NCBI GenBank assembly: GCA_963823345.1
Contig: CAWGLE010000013.1
Location: forward strand, 65,438 to 129,437
Source of the DNA: Candidatus Sulfomarinibacteraceae bacterium
GTDB lineage: Bacteria; Acidobacteriota; Thermoanaerobaculia; Thermoanaerobaculales; Sulfomarinibacteraceae
Direction of reading: 5' to 3'
DNA: 64,000 nucleotides
Below, piece by piece: positions 37,455 through 46,208 of this stretch (position 1 is its first letter; each line of letters starts with the position of its first letter). Position numbers and translations under genes: made by a program. The notes under the pieces are model-generated. The model had not been told where the DNA came from and made no database searches. It was given only the letters and a program-made list of their open reading frames with translations.

Positions 37455-38363
37455 TCACGCCATGCGCGGTTTGTCATCGGGCAACCGGTCGGTACGGTGC
37501 CGGTTCTCGTCATAGGTGAAGAAGCCGCGCCCCGTCTTGGCGCCGAACAGCCCGGCGCGGACCAGCCTCTTGAGCAGCGGGCAGGGCCTGAACCTGGGCT
37601 CGCCGCTTTCGGCGTACATGTGCTGCAACCAGTTGAGGACCCGGTCGAGACCGGTACGGTCAGCCCACTCGAGGGGGCCGCTGCGGAAGCCGTAACCGAG
37701 CTTGAGCGCGAGGTCGACCTCGGCCGCCTCGGCGACGCCTTCCATCACGACGTGAATGGCCTCGTTGATCAGCGGCAGGATGATCCTGGTGGTGACGAAG
37801 CCGGGCATCTCGAAGACCTTGATCGGGACCTTGCCGAGAAGGCGCGCGAAATCGATCGCCTGCTGATAGACCTCGTCGGTCGTCAGCTGGCCCCGCACCA
37901 CCTCGACCACCTGGGTGGTCGTCACGGGGTAGAGAAAATGCATACCCACGATGCGCTGCGGCTGGGTGTTCTGGGCCGCGAGCTCGGTGATCGAAAGGGT
38001 GGAGGTGTTGATGACGATCGGGTGGTCGGGCGCCATGCGTTTGTCGAGCTCCCGCAGGATCTGCCGCTTGAGGCCGAAATCCTCCTGAACGGCCTCGATC
38101 GCGAGCTCGCAGTCGGTGGCGCAGTCGAAATGAGTCACCCAGGTAATGCGGGAGAGGATGGCCTTTTTCTCGGAGTTCGTGAGGCCGAACCGGGCGATCT
38201 CGTGATCGAGGGCTTCCTCGAGCTCGCTCCGGGCCGCGTCGACGGCTTCGGCCGAGACCTCCTTGAGGTAGACGTTGATGCCCTCCTGGGCGACCTTGGT
38301 GGCGAGGGACCTTCCCATCATCCCTCCGCCGACGATCACGACGCGGTGCAGTTCCTTGCTCAT
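37455..38363 (-). CDS. hbd: 3-hydroxyacyl/3-hydroxybutyryl-CoA dehydrogenase
   Basis: The ATG at 38363 gives MSKELHRVVIVGGGMMG, a Rossmann GxGxxG. Other motifs: NTSTLSIT, GMHFLYPV, GFVTTRI, C-terminal GFFTY. Confidence 0.85.
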   Translation of the reverse strand: MSKELHRVVIVGGGMMGRSLATKVAQEGINVYLKEVSAEAVDAARSELEEALDHEIARFGLTNSEKKAILSRITWVTHFDCATDCELAIEAVQEDFGLKRQILRELDKRMAPDHPIVINTSTLSITELAAQNTQPQRIVGMHFLYPVTTTQVVEVVRGQLTTDEVYQQAIDFARLLGKVPIKVFEMPGFVTTRIILPLINEAIHVVMEGVAEAAEVDLALKLGYGFRSGPLEWADRTGLDRVLNWLQHMYAESGEPRFRPCPLLKRLVRAGLFGAKTGRGFFTYDENRHRTDRLPDDKPRMA

Positions 38364-38472
38364 CGGCAGAGTGTAGCAAAAGATCGGCGAACCGGCACCC
38401 ATTTGTACAAAATTTCACAAAACCGTGACGCGGGCCGGATCGCCCCCGATTCCGGTGGTGTATGATGAGTCC

Positions 38473-39006
38473 ATGAGACGAGTTCTCGCAGTTACGGCAG
38501 TTCTCATCGCGGCCGCTTTCGGCGGTGGAGGCGCGTCCGGCGCCGAAACGTCCGAAATCCCGCGATTCCCGAATCTGACCTTCCTGTCGGTCGACGGCTC
38601 GACGCGGATCGACCTCGAATCCCTGCGCGGCCGCCCGGTGCTGTTGACGTTCTGGGCGAGCTGGTGCGGGCCGTGCCGGATGGAGCTTCCCGAGCTTCAG
38701 AAACTGGCGGTCGAGCTCGAGGACGAGGGCCTGGCGCTGGTCACGGTGAACATGGATCGATCGCCGGCGATGGGCATGAAATTCCTCGAGCGCTACAACA
38801 TCGATGTCCCGGTGTTCCTGATGAGCAGCCGCGATCTCCAGACGCTCGGTGTCGGCGCCCTGCCCACCAACGTCCTGCTCGACCGCGATGGCCGCCCCGC
38901 CCAGATTTTCGAAGGGTACTCGCCGGAAGTGCCGATGGAGATCCGTCGGCTGGTGCTCGGTATGAAGGGCGGCCCACCGGCCACGGACTCGTCGACCGTC
39001 AGATGA
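38473..39006 (+). CDS. Secreted TlpA/ResA-like thioredoxin-fold thiol:disulfide oxidoreductase
   Basis: The ATG at 38473 gives the signal peptide MRRVLAVTAVLIAAAFGGGGASG. The redox motif is TFWASWCGPC. Confidence 0.85.
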   Translation: MRRVLAVTAVLIAAAFGGGGASGAETSEIPRFPNLTFLSVDGSTRIDLESLRGRPVLLTFWASWCGPCRMELPELQKLAVELEDEGLALVTVNMDRSPAMGMKFLERYNIDVPVFLMSSRDLQTLGVGALPTNVLLDRDGRPAQIFEGYSPEVPMEIRRLVLGMKGGPPATDSSTVR

Positions 39007-39836
39007 GGTCGCCCGTACGAAACCCGGTCATCCTGGCCGTGACAGCCGCGATCTTGAGCGTCGGCTGGAGCGAGACGACGATCCGGCACGTGGCGTGGAC
39101 GGCGGTCGACTTCGTCCCACCGGACCTCGCCCGCCAGATCCATCGTCACGACGATCGATTCAACGCGGGAATACGTCGCGGCGTCGCGGCGCCGCCGGCG
39201 TGGCGGGCCGGGCCTCCGGGCAACCTGCCGCAGGCGCTCGAGGCCCAGATCCAGCGGTGCGCGGACGACTTGCGGAGACCGGTGGCTCTCGACGACCTGG
39301 TGGAGGAGCTGGGCGTGCTGGCGGTGTTGGTGCTCGATGCCAACGACCCGCTCGCCGTGTCCCACGATGACGCCCGCGAAGCGGCGTACGCGGAGAGCTA
39401 CCAGCGATACGTCGATTCCGTGCTGGGTCGAATCAAGCTCGTCTTTTACGGACAGGACCACGACCTCATCCATGGCGGGGCGGTAACGGCTGCGGTCGAC
39501 GCGGCCGTCGCCCGCAGCGCCTCCCTCTACCCCTTCGTGGGTCAGGAGTTCTACCGCACCGGCGAGCTGCGGGGGTGGCAGGGTCTCGACGACCGGGCGG
39601 TGACCTTCGGTGTCGCCGGCGTCACGCTGTCACGCGCTCTCACCGATTTCGCGAACATCACTTCCTACATCTGGCGCCAGGGGGGCGGTCAGGTGCCGAC
39701 GCCGCGACCGACACCGTTAGGCCACACGGGTCCGACCATCACCCGCACTCTCGACGGCGGGTTCCCGGAACGCGACCAGCCGGCGCGCGGCAAACCCGCG
39801 ATGCCGAACCCCGGGCTGCGGTTGCCGCCACCCTGA
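39003..39836 (+). CDS. Secreted hypothetical protein (weak resemblance to zinc phospholipase C / P1-nuclease N-terminus)
   Basis: The ATG at 39003 overlaps the upstream stop as ATGA; 277 aa. A signal-like N-terminus is followed by GWSETTIRHVAWTAV and later VLVLDANDPLAVSHDD, reminiscent of W...H...A and D..PLH metal-ligand motifs. This is a by-eye observation only. Confidence 0.45.
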   Translation: MRSPVRNPVILAVTAAILSVGWSETTIRHVAWTAVDFVPPDLARQIHRHDDRFNAGIRRGVAAPPAWRAGPPGNLPQALEAQIQRCADDLRRPVALDDLVEELGVLAVLVLDANDPLAVSHDDAREAAYAESYQRYVDSVLGRIKLVFYGQDHDLIHGGAVTAAVDAAVARSASLYPFVGQEFYRTGELRGWQGLDDRAVTFGVAGVTLSRALTDFANITSYIWRQGGGQVPTPRPTPLGHTGPTITRTLDGGFPERDQPARGKPAMPNPGLRLPPP

Positions 39837-39837
39837 C

Positions 39838-39897
39838 GGGATTTCGGATTTCGAATTTCGGATTTCGGATTTCGGATTTCCCGCCCACCCCCCCCAC
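39838..39897. repeat. GGATTTC heptamer array plus C-rich box
   Basis: GGGATTTC-GGATTTC-GAATTTC-GGATTTC x3, then CCGCCCACCCCCCCCAC. It starts 2 nt after the preceding stop. Confidence 0.9.
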
Positions 39898-39935
39898 AGA
39901 CGATAAGCACTCGAGTGCTCTGGGTGGGTGGGACG

Positions 39936-40105
39936 GCGTGCGGCGGAGGTGCCTGGCTCCCGGCCCGTCCGACGGGCCGGCGTGCCTGGCATCCTCCCGG
40001 GAAGCGCGTGCGGAACGTCAGCGTGCGGCGGAGGTGCCTGGCTCCCGGCCCGTCCGACGGGCCGGCGTGCCTGGCATCCTCCCGGGAAGCGCGTGCGGAA
40101 CGTCA
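39936..40105. repeat. Perfect tandem duplication, 2 x 85 bp
   Basis: 39936-40020 and 40021-40105 are identical by eye. The unit is GCGTGCGGCGGAGGTGCCTGGCTCCCGGCCCGTCCGACGGGCCGGCGTGCCTGGCATCCTCCCGGGAAGCGCGTGCGGAACGTCA. Each unit contains the hairpin CGGCCCG-TCCGA-CGGGCCG. The last 3 nt of copy 2 are the stop codon of the 40103..41413 gene. Confidence 0.95.
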
Positions 40106-41413
40106 GATTTCCGCGGCCCAGCTCTTGCCCTGTTTGCGAACGCCGCCCTCGAGGGTCTTGAGGAAACGCGACCGCAGCTGGTCCGACAAGAGGGCCTTCT
40201 TGACCGGTGGGAGTTTGAGAAAGCCGCCGACCAGGCCGCGGAGAAAGGCCTGGCTTCCGCTCGCGGGGTTGTCGAAGAGCTGGTGCTGCAGGGTCCCGCG
40301 ATCCAGGGCCGACAGGATCACGCGCTGGAACGTGCTTTCCGGTGGGATCACCCGTTGCGCGCGCTTCTCGAGCTTCATGGCGCCGGTCGTGCAGGCGTTG
40401 GCGCAGACGCCGCACCCGAGACAGAATTCCAGGTCGACGGCGGGCTTCTTTTTCTTTCGTGTCCCGGGGTTGTCGTCCGCGACCATCGTGATGGCGTCGA
40501 TCGGACACGCCTTCTCGCAGTGGTTGCACCCTTTGCAGATTTCGTCGTCGGTGGAGGCGATGAAGCTCGAGGTGACGACGACGGAGGTGTAGCCGTGATC
40601 GGTGAGGCCGGCCAGGGCGTTGCAGCAGCACCCGCAGCAGTGGCAGATGAAGGTGACGTTGCGCTGCACGTTGTCGGCATTGAGGACCAGACCGAGTTCG
40701 CGGGACCGTTCGACGTTGTCCAGCATCTCGGACTTCGAGACCTCGCGGGCGAGATCGTGCCGGATCAGGTAGTCGGCCGAGTACCCCATTGACGAGCAGT
40801 TGTCCATCGGGGCGTCGCAGGCATGGCCGAGGTGGTGCTTCTCGTGCCGGCACGAGCACAGACCCATCGAAAACCGTTCGTGCCGGTCGATGATCTCCTT
40901 CGCCTTCTCGTAATCGAGGATCTCGACGTGCTCTTCGTCGCGGATGGTGCCCTCGTACGGCAGGGCGCGCATGATGGTGGTGGTCTCGCCGTGCCCGAAG
41001 TTCGCGTCGAAATACACACCGTCGGGGCCCATGTACTGGTGGAAGAGCCCGGCGATCTTCGTGCGGTCGAGATCGGGGCCGGTGCGCATCATCGTCAGCT
41101 CGAAGATGCCGATCACCAGCGGCGACACGGTATAGCGGTACGAGCCGTGGATCTCGATGTCCATCACCAGGCCCTTGTCGCAGAGACGGTCGAGGCGGTG
41201 TCGGAGAGCGGTCGGGTCCTCGCCGGTCACGGCAGCGAGCCGGCGCAGAGTGGACAGGCCGTTGGGCATGCGGGTGATCAGGTCGGCCTCTTCCGGTGTG
41301 TAGAGCTCCCGCAGGATCTCACCGAGGGTTTCGTTCCACGGCGTGCGGGTGGCCAGGCTGTCGATCTTGCGGCCCAGCTCGCGATAGACGTCTTTGCCGA
41401 CGAGGTGTCCCAT
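40103..41413 (-). CDS. Multi-cluster 4Fe-4S ferredoxin-domain protein, function unknown
   Basis: 436 aa with Cys clusters CSCRHEKHHLGHAC, CHCCGCCC, CKGCNHCEKACP and CLGCGVCANAC. Confidence 0.75.
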   Translation of the reverse strand: MGHLVGKDVYRELGRKIDSLATRTPWNETLGEILRELYTPEEADLITRMPNGLSTLRRLAAVTGEDPTALRHRLDRLCDKGLVMDIEIHGSYRYTVSPLVIGIFELTMMRTGPDLDRTKIAGLFHQYMGPDGVYFDANFGHGETTTIMRALPYEGTIRDEEHVEILDYEKAKEIIDRHERFSMGLCSCRHEKHHLGHACDAPMDNCSSMGYSADYLIRHDLAREVSKSEMLDNVERSRELGLVLNADNVQRNVTFICHCCGCCCNALAGLTDHGYTSVVVTSSFIASTDDEICKGCNHCEKACPIDAITMVADDNPGTRKKKKPAVDLEFCLGCGVCANACTTGAMKLEKRAQRVIPPESTFQRVILSALDRGTLQHQLFDNPASGSQAFLRGLVGGFLKLPPVKKALLSDQLRSRFLKTLEGGVRKQGKSWAAEI

Positions 41414-41554
41414 GAGCCTCCTGAGGGGTCCATCCTACTCGATTCTCAGAGGCGTCATTCCCTTGAAGAATGGCACTCCGCCGCACGCGACATAGCCGAG
41501 CGGCACTCGAACGTATCGTATCAGCTGGGTGAGGGGAGCGTGTGGCCAACAATG

Positions 41555-41584
41555 TCGAAATCGCGAACTCCGAAATCCGAACGG
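41555..41584. repeat. Short degenerate AAATCCG-type heptamer array
   Basis: TCGAAATCGCGAACTCCGAAATCCGAACGG, between the Fe-S protein start and the mutM stop. Confidence 0.6.
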
Positions 41585-41593
41585 TCTACCGTC

Positions 41594-42415
41594 TCAGCGC
41601 TGACAGCGCGGGCACCAGGCGGTGGTGCGGCCGCCGATGACGTCGGAGCGGAGGATGGTTTCGCATCGCAGGCAGGGTTGTCCCTGGCGGCCGTAGACCG
41701 CGAGGTGAACGGCGAAGTAGCCGAAGTCGCCGTCGGGCGTGGCGTAGTCGCGAATCGTCGTGCCACCCTGTTCGACGGCTTCGGTGAGGACCGACCGGAC
41801 GTCGCGAGTCAACGCGGTCAGGCGGTCGAGCGATGTTCGATGGCCTGACCGGTGAGGTCGAACGCCGGCGCGCCACAGGGCCTCGGCGGCGTAGATGTTG
41901 CCGACCCCCGCCACCAGGTGCTGGTCGAGCAGCAGCGACTTGAGGGGGGCGCGCCGTGCCTTGAGCAGAGGCGGGAGCCGGTCTTCGAGGCCAGGGTCGA
42001 GCGGCTCGATCCCGAGGGCCGCGAGCGCAGGGTCAGCCGCTTCCTCTCCCGGAGCCAACCACACCATCATGCCGAACCTCCGCGGGTCGACGAACCGCAG
42101 CTCCCGCCCGTCGTCGAGCGCGAGGGTGACGTGGGTGTGGGGCAGGACCGGTGCCGAGGCGTCGGTGATGGTGAGCCGGCCCGACATCCCGAGGTGGTTG
42201 AGCACCGTGCCCGGCGGGTCGAGGTCGATCAGCAGGTACTTCCCCCGCCGCCGCGGCGTCGTGAGCCGGCGGCCGGGGAGGACAGCCGACAACTGCTCCA
42301 CGTCGAGCGGGCGGCGCATCGAGATGGAGATCCCGCGGACGGACGTGATGCGGCGCCCTGAAAGCTCGAGATCGAGCGCTCGCCGGACGGTCTCGACCTC
42401 GGGCAACTCGGGCAT
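41594..42415 (-). CDS. mutM: Formamidopyrimidine-DNA glycosylase
   Basis: The ATG at 42415 gives MPELPEVETVRR (catalytic Pro2/Glu3). It has the H2TH region and the C-terminal zinc finger CLRC...CPRCQ. Confidence 0.9.
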   Translation of the reverse strand: MPELPEVETVRRALDLELSGRRITSVRGISISMRRPLDVEQLSAVLPGRRLTTPRRRGKYLLIDLDPPGTVLNHLGMSGRLTITDASAPVLPHTHVTLALDDGRELRFVDPRRFGMMVWLAPGEEAADPALAALGIEPLDPGLEDRLPPLLKARRAPLKSLLLDQHLVAGVGNIYAAEALWRAGVRPHRSGHRTSLDRLTALTRDVRSVLTEAVEQGGTTIRDYATPDGDFGYFAVHLAVYGRQGQPCLRCETILRSDVIGGRTTAWCPRCQR

Positions 42416-42456
42416 CAGATCCGCCCGCCACGCCCTTGCGAAGGGATCTGGGCTGG

Positions 42457-42491
42457 CATTCCTAATTCCTAATTCCGAATTCCTAATTCCG
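42457..42491. repeat. TTCCTAA heptamer array
   Basis: CATTCCTAATTCCTAATTCCGAATTCCTAATTCCG. The xth stop codon (42483-42485) lies inside the array. Confidence 0.85.
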
Positions 42492-43274
42492 ATCGAGCTC
42501 CAGCTCGATCGGACAGTGATCGCTGCCACGCACATCGGCGTGGATCCGCGCGTCGACCACCCTCTTTTCGAGATCGGGCGAGATGATGAAGTAATCGATG
42601 CGCCAGCCGACGTTGCGTTCGCGGACGCCGGGCCGGTTGCTCCACCAGGTGTAGGCGCCGGCGGTGTCGGGGTTCCTCTTCCGGAAGATGTCGATGTAGC
42701 CGTGGTCGAGCAGGCGGGTGACCCACTCCCTCTCCTCGGGCAGGAAGCCGGTGTTCTTCTTGTTGGATTTGGGATTCGCGAGGTCGATCTCCTGGTGGGC
42801 GGTGTTGACGTCGCCGCAGATGACGATGCTCTTTCCTTTGCGCCGCTGCACCTCGGCGTGCTGGAGGACGGCCTCCGAGAACTCGAGCTTGTAGGGGACG
42901 CGGCTGAGGTCGTTGCCGCCGTTGGGAAAGTACCCCGTGTAGAACAGAAAGTCACCGTAGTCGGCGATGATGAGCCGCCCCTCCGAATCGAACGCGGGGT
43001 TGCCGAGCCCGCCGAGGACCACGCTCTTCGGTTCCACCCGGGTGTACAGGCCGACCCCGGAGTATCCCTTCTTCTCCGCCGGGTGAAAGTAAACCGCATA
43101 GCCGTCCGGGTTGCGGATCGGCTCGTCCAGTTGTTCGGGCAGCGCCCGCGTCTCCTGGAGGCCCAGAATGTCCGGTCGTGCGGTCGCCAGCCAGTCGAGA
43201 AAACCACTCCGTCCGCAGGCCCGCAGGCCGTTGACGTTCCAGCTGAAGAGACGGAGAGTCCTGTCCTTTGCCAT
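42483..43274 (-). CDS. xth: Exodeoxyribonuclease III (AP endonuclease)
   Basis: 263 aa: LRLFSWNVNGLRA, ILGLQETR, GDVNTAH, SDHCPIELEL. Confidence 0.9.
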   Translation of the reverse strand: MAKDRTLRLFSWNVNGLRACGRSGFLDWLATARPDILGLQETRALPEQLDEPIRNPDGYAVYFHPAEKKGYSGVGLYTRVEPKSVVLGGLGNPAFDSEGRLIIADYGDFLFYTGYFPNGGNDLSRVPYKLEFSEAVLQHAEVQRRKGKSIVICGDVNTAHQEIDLANPKSNKKNTGFLPEEREWVTRLLDHGYIDIFRKRNPDTAGAYTWWSNRPGVRERNVGWRIDYFIISPDLEKRVVDARIHADVRGSDHCPIELELDRN

Positions 43275-44072
43275 TCACACTCCCTTGAAAACGGTCCTGT
43301 CGAGATCGTCGAGTTGCGCCACCTCGAAACCGAGTCGGCGCGCCGCGACGCGCTCGCGGTCGGTGTTGAAACCCCAGCCGGCAAGAACGCAGCGGACGCC
43401 GAGAGGCTCGACTTTGACCAGGTGGTTCAGCTTGTCGTCGACAAACGTGATGTCGTCGAAATCCACTCCGGTCCGCCGCTGCAGCTCGCGAAGGTGGACG
43501 GTCTTTTCGATACCGGTCTCCTTGTCGAGGATGAGGCGCGTCTCGAAGACGCCGGTCAGGCCGAGCTCGGCGAGCAGGAGTCGGACCGATCGCGAATCCT
43601 TCGCGGTCGCCACCGAAGGGAGGACCCCTCCCCGGTGCCGCTCGAGAGCCCCGACGAGTTCCGGGTAGGGGAGGTGGAGCGCCAGCCAGCGGTCCGGGTC
43701 GGCCTCGCGCAGCCGGGTCCGCGCCTCGTAGAATCCGCGGTGAAAAAGGTCCCTCCAGGTTGCCGGCAGCTCGGCGTAGAAGGCGTCGTAGCCGGCCTGG
43801 TCGGAGATTGCTTTCGATGCCTCGATCGCCCGCAGCGCCACGCCGAAGTCCTCGGCACGGTTGCCGAGGGGCAGCAGGTCGGAGAAACGTCGATAGGCCT
43901 CGTGGTTGCGAAAGCGGTCGCCGCCCGCCAGCGCCTCCTCGCGCAGGGGCCCAAGGACACCGAGCAACTCGGCTCGAGGCTCGAGAACGGAAAAGGTGTC
44001 GACCGCCACCACGAACACCTCTCGCGAGGAGTCGCACAGCACACCGTCGAAGTCGAATGCCAAAACGCGCAT
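43275..44072 (-). CDS. HAD-superfamily hydrolase
   Basis: The ATG at 44072 gives MRVLAFDFDGVLCDS (DxDG motif I). A later SVATAKD matches motif II, and FVDDK matches motif IV. The stop abuts the xth ATG (TGAATG). Confidence 0.8.
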   Translation of the reverse strand: MRVLAFDFDGVLCDSSREVFVVAVDTFSVLEPRAELLGVLGPLREEALAGGDRFRNHEAYRRFSDLLPLGNRAEDFGVALRAIEASKAISDQAGYDAFYAELPATWRDLFHRGFYEARTRLREADPDRWLALHLPYPELVGALERHRGGVLPSVATAKDSRSVRLLLAELGLTGVFETRLILDKETGIEKTVHLRELQRRTGVDFDDITFVDDKLNHLVKVEPLGVRCVLAGWGFNTDRERVAARRLGFEVAQLDDLDRTVFKGV

Positions 44073-44151
44073 GAGCGGAAAGTGTAACCCAGCGATTCGG
44101 ATGTTGCGGCTGGACGCCGCAACTTCCGAATCGCCGGGATACACTTCATCA

Positions 44152-44841
44152 GTGATCCGGTTGGAGAACGTCCGCAAGCGCTACCCCGGCGCCGAGGTCG
44201 ATGTGTTGGGCGGCATCGACCTGAGTGTCGGTGCCGGAGAGTTCGTGTCGATCGTCGGCCGCTCGGGTTCCGGTAAGACCACCCTTCTCAATCTGATCGG
44301 CGGCCTCGACTCCTCCTTCGAAGGGTCGGTCGAAGTCGACGGCAGGGCCCTGCGGGGGCTGACGGACGGCGACATCGCCGCCTTCCGCAACCGTCGGGTC
44401 GGTTTCGTCTTCCAGGCCTACCACCTGCTGGACCACCTGAGCTGCGGCGAAAACGTGGCGTTGGCGGCGATGTTCGCCCGCGGCGAGGCGCGCCGCGACG
44501 CGTCGTGGATCCGCTGTCGGGCGGCCGAGGTGCTGGCGTCCGTCGGGCTCGCGGCTGCGGAACGGCGGAGTCCGACCACCCTGTCGGGCGGCGAGCGCCA
44601 GAGGGTGGCGGTGGCGCGGGCCCTGTTTCACGAACCGGCGATCCTGTTGTGCGACGAACCGACCGGGAACCTCGATGCAGCCACCGGTCGCGAGATCGTC
44701 GGTCTCCTGGGTGAGGTCCACCGCAGGTACGGGTTGGCGATCGTCGCCGCGACCCACGACGACGCCGTCTCGGATGCCGGCGACCGGGTGGTGCGGCTGA
44801 TTGACGGGCGCCTCGTGAACGGGCGCGAGGACGCGGCGTGA
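44152..44841 (+). CDS. ABC transporter ATP-binding protein (MacB/LolD/FtsE type)
   Basis: The GTG at 44152 gives VIRLENVRKRY.... Motifs: GRSGSGKTT, LSGGERQRVAVARAL, LLCDEPTGNLD. Confidence 0.85.
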   Translation: MIRLENVRKRYPGAEVDVLGGIDLSVGAGEFVSIVGRSGSGKTTLLNLIGGLDSSFEGSVEVDGRALRGLTDGDIAAFRNRRVGFVFQAYHLLDHLSCGENVALAAMFARGEARRDASWIRCRAAEVLASVGLAAAERRSPTTLSGGERQRVAVARALFHEPAILLCDEPTGNLDAATGREIVGLLGEVHRRYGLAIVAATHDDAVSDAGDRVVRLIDGRLVNGREDAA

Positions 44842-46205
44842 TCGGCCGCGGGCGGGTACGGGCGGTGACGGCGGATCTCCGCCGGCACTGGCGTCACTTC
44901 GCTGCTGCTGCTCTCGGCATCGTTTTCGGAACGGCGGCTCTGGCGTTTTTTCTGGCGCTCGGCCTCCAGGTTCGCCAGGTCCTCCTCGACCGGGTCTTTC
45001 CGTCCGACGGGATCGAGGTCGCGCCGCGAAGCGCAGATCTCGACGTCTTCGCGCTGCGGATCGATCTCGGGCGGGACGCGCTGACGGAGTCGGATCTGGC
45101 AGAACTGACTGAGATCGACGGCGTTTCGGCGGTGTTCCCGAAGATGCGTCTCACGGTCCCCGCGCTGGCCTCCGGCGGGGAGTCGCTCTTCGGTGCCGCG
45201 ATGCAGACCGAAATCGTCGCCGACGGGATCGAGCCGTCGTTGGTGGAGCGAGAGGTCGGCCCCGGCTTCCGCGACCCCGGCATCGGCATGAACGACCGGC
45301 CGTGTACGAACGACCGCCAGTGCGGCGAAGGCGCGTATTGCGACGCCTCGCGGCGTGGGGCGGAAGGGGTGTGTCGGCCCTATCTGCCGGTGGTGGTGTC
45401 GCCGTATGTCATCGAGCTCTACAACGGCGCCTTCCGGCGCGCCTATCGTCTGCCGAAGCTCAACCCGGACGCTCTGACGGGGTTGACGTTCGAGATGACG
45501 TTCGGCGCCTCGACCTTCCGCCAGTCGCCACGGCCGCCGATCCGCCGGCGGGCGCGGCTGGTCGGGGTGTCGGACCGGGCGATCCCGCTCGGCGTGACCC
45601 TGCCGTTGGCCGAGGTGCGGCGGCTCAACCAGGCCCTGGACTCCGAGGAGGCGGGAAGGCGGTTCCACTCGGCCGTCGTCGAGGTGGCGTCGCAGTCCGC
45701 CATGCCCCGGGTCGTGGAGGCGGTCGAGGCCAGGGGTCTCGAGGTCCTCGACCACGGCGCCCGGCGTGCCGCATTCGGGACCGCGGTCGTGACCGCGGTG
45801 CTCGGTCTCGCGGCGGTGGTCCTCATCTCGCTTTCGGCGGCGCACATCATGCACGTTTTTTCACTCGTGGTCATGATGAGACGCCACGAGATCGGAGTCT
45901 TGCGCGCGGTCGGTGCGCGCACGTCGGACATTCGTACTCTGCTCCTGACCGAAGCGGCGGTGGTCGGCGCGCTGGCCGGCTCGGCCGGCGTCGTCGTCGC
46001 TCTCGTCGGGGCGGCGGTCGCGGACCGCCTCGCGGCGGCCCACGTCCCCGACTTTCCGTTCAAACCGGAGAGCCTCTTCGCCTTCTCGCCGCTGCTGGTG
46101 GCTGCGGCGGTCGCGCTCGCGGTTGCTGCATGCGTCGCCGGCGTCGCGCCCGCGGCATCGCGGGCAACCGCCGGCGACCCTTCGGACGCTCTGGCCGGGC
46201 GCTGA
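44838..46205 (+). CDS. FtsX/MacB-type ABC permease with a large extracytoplasmic loop
   Basis: The GTG overlaps the upstream stop as GTGA. An N-terminal TM helix is followed by a loop of about 290 aa containing a 4-Cys module. The C-terminal FtsX region is MRRHEIGVLRAVGARTSDI.... Confidence 0.8.
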   Translation: MIGRGRVRAVTADLRRHWRHFAAAALGIVFGTAALAFFLALGLQVRQVLLDRVFPSDGIEVAPRSADLDVFALRIDLGRDALTESDLAELTEIDGVSAVFPKMRLTVPALASGGESLFGAAMQTEIVADGIEPSLVEREVGPGFRDPGIGMNDRPCTNDRQCGEGAYCDASRRGAEGVCRPYLPVVVSPYVIELYNGAFRRAYRLPKLNPDALTGLTFEMTFGASTFRQSPRPPIRRRARLVGVSDRAIPLGVTLPLAEVRRLNQALDSEEAGRRFHSAVVEVASQSAMPRVVEAVEARGLEVLDHGARRAAFGTAVVTAVLGLAAVVLISLSAAHIMHVFSLVVMMRRHEIGVLRAVGARTSDIRTLLLTEAAVVGALAGSAGVVVALVGAAVADRLAAAHVPDFPFKPESLFAFSPLLVAAAVALAVAACVAGVAPAASRATAGDPSDALAGR

Positions 46206-46208
46206 CTT

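Noticed and set aside
39936-40105. Tandem repeats here and at 47371-47471 considered as a CRISPR array
   Set aside because: The units are directly adjacent with no unique spacers. There are only about 2-2.5 copies. No cas genes are present.
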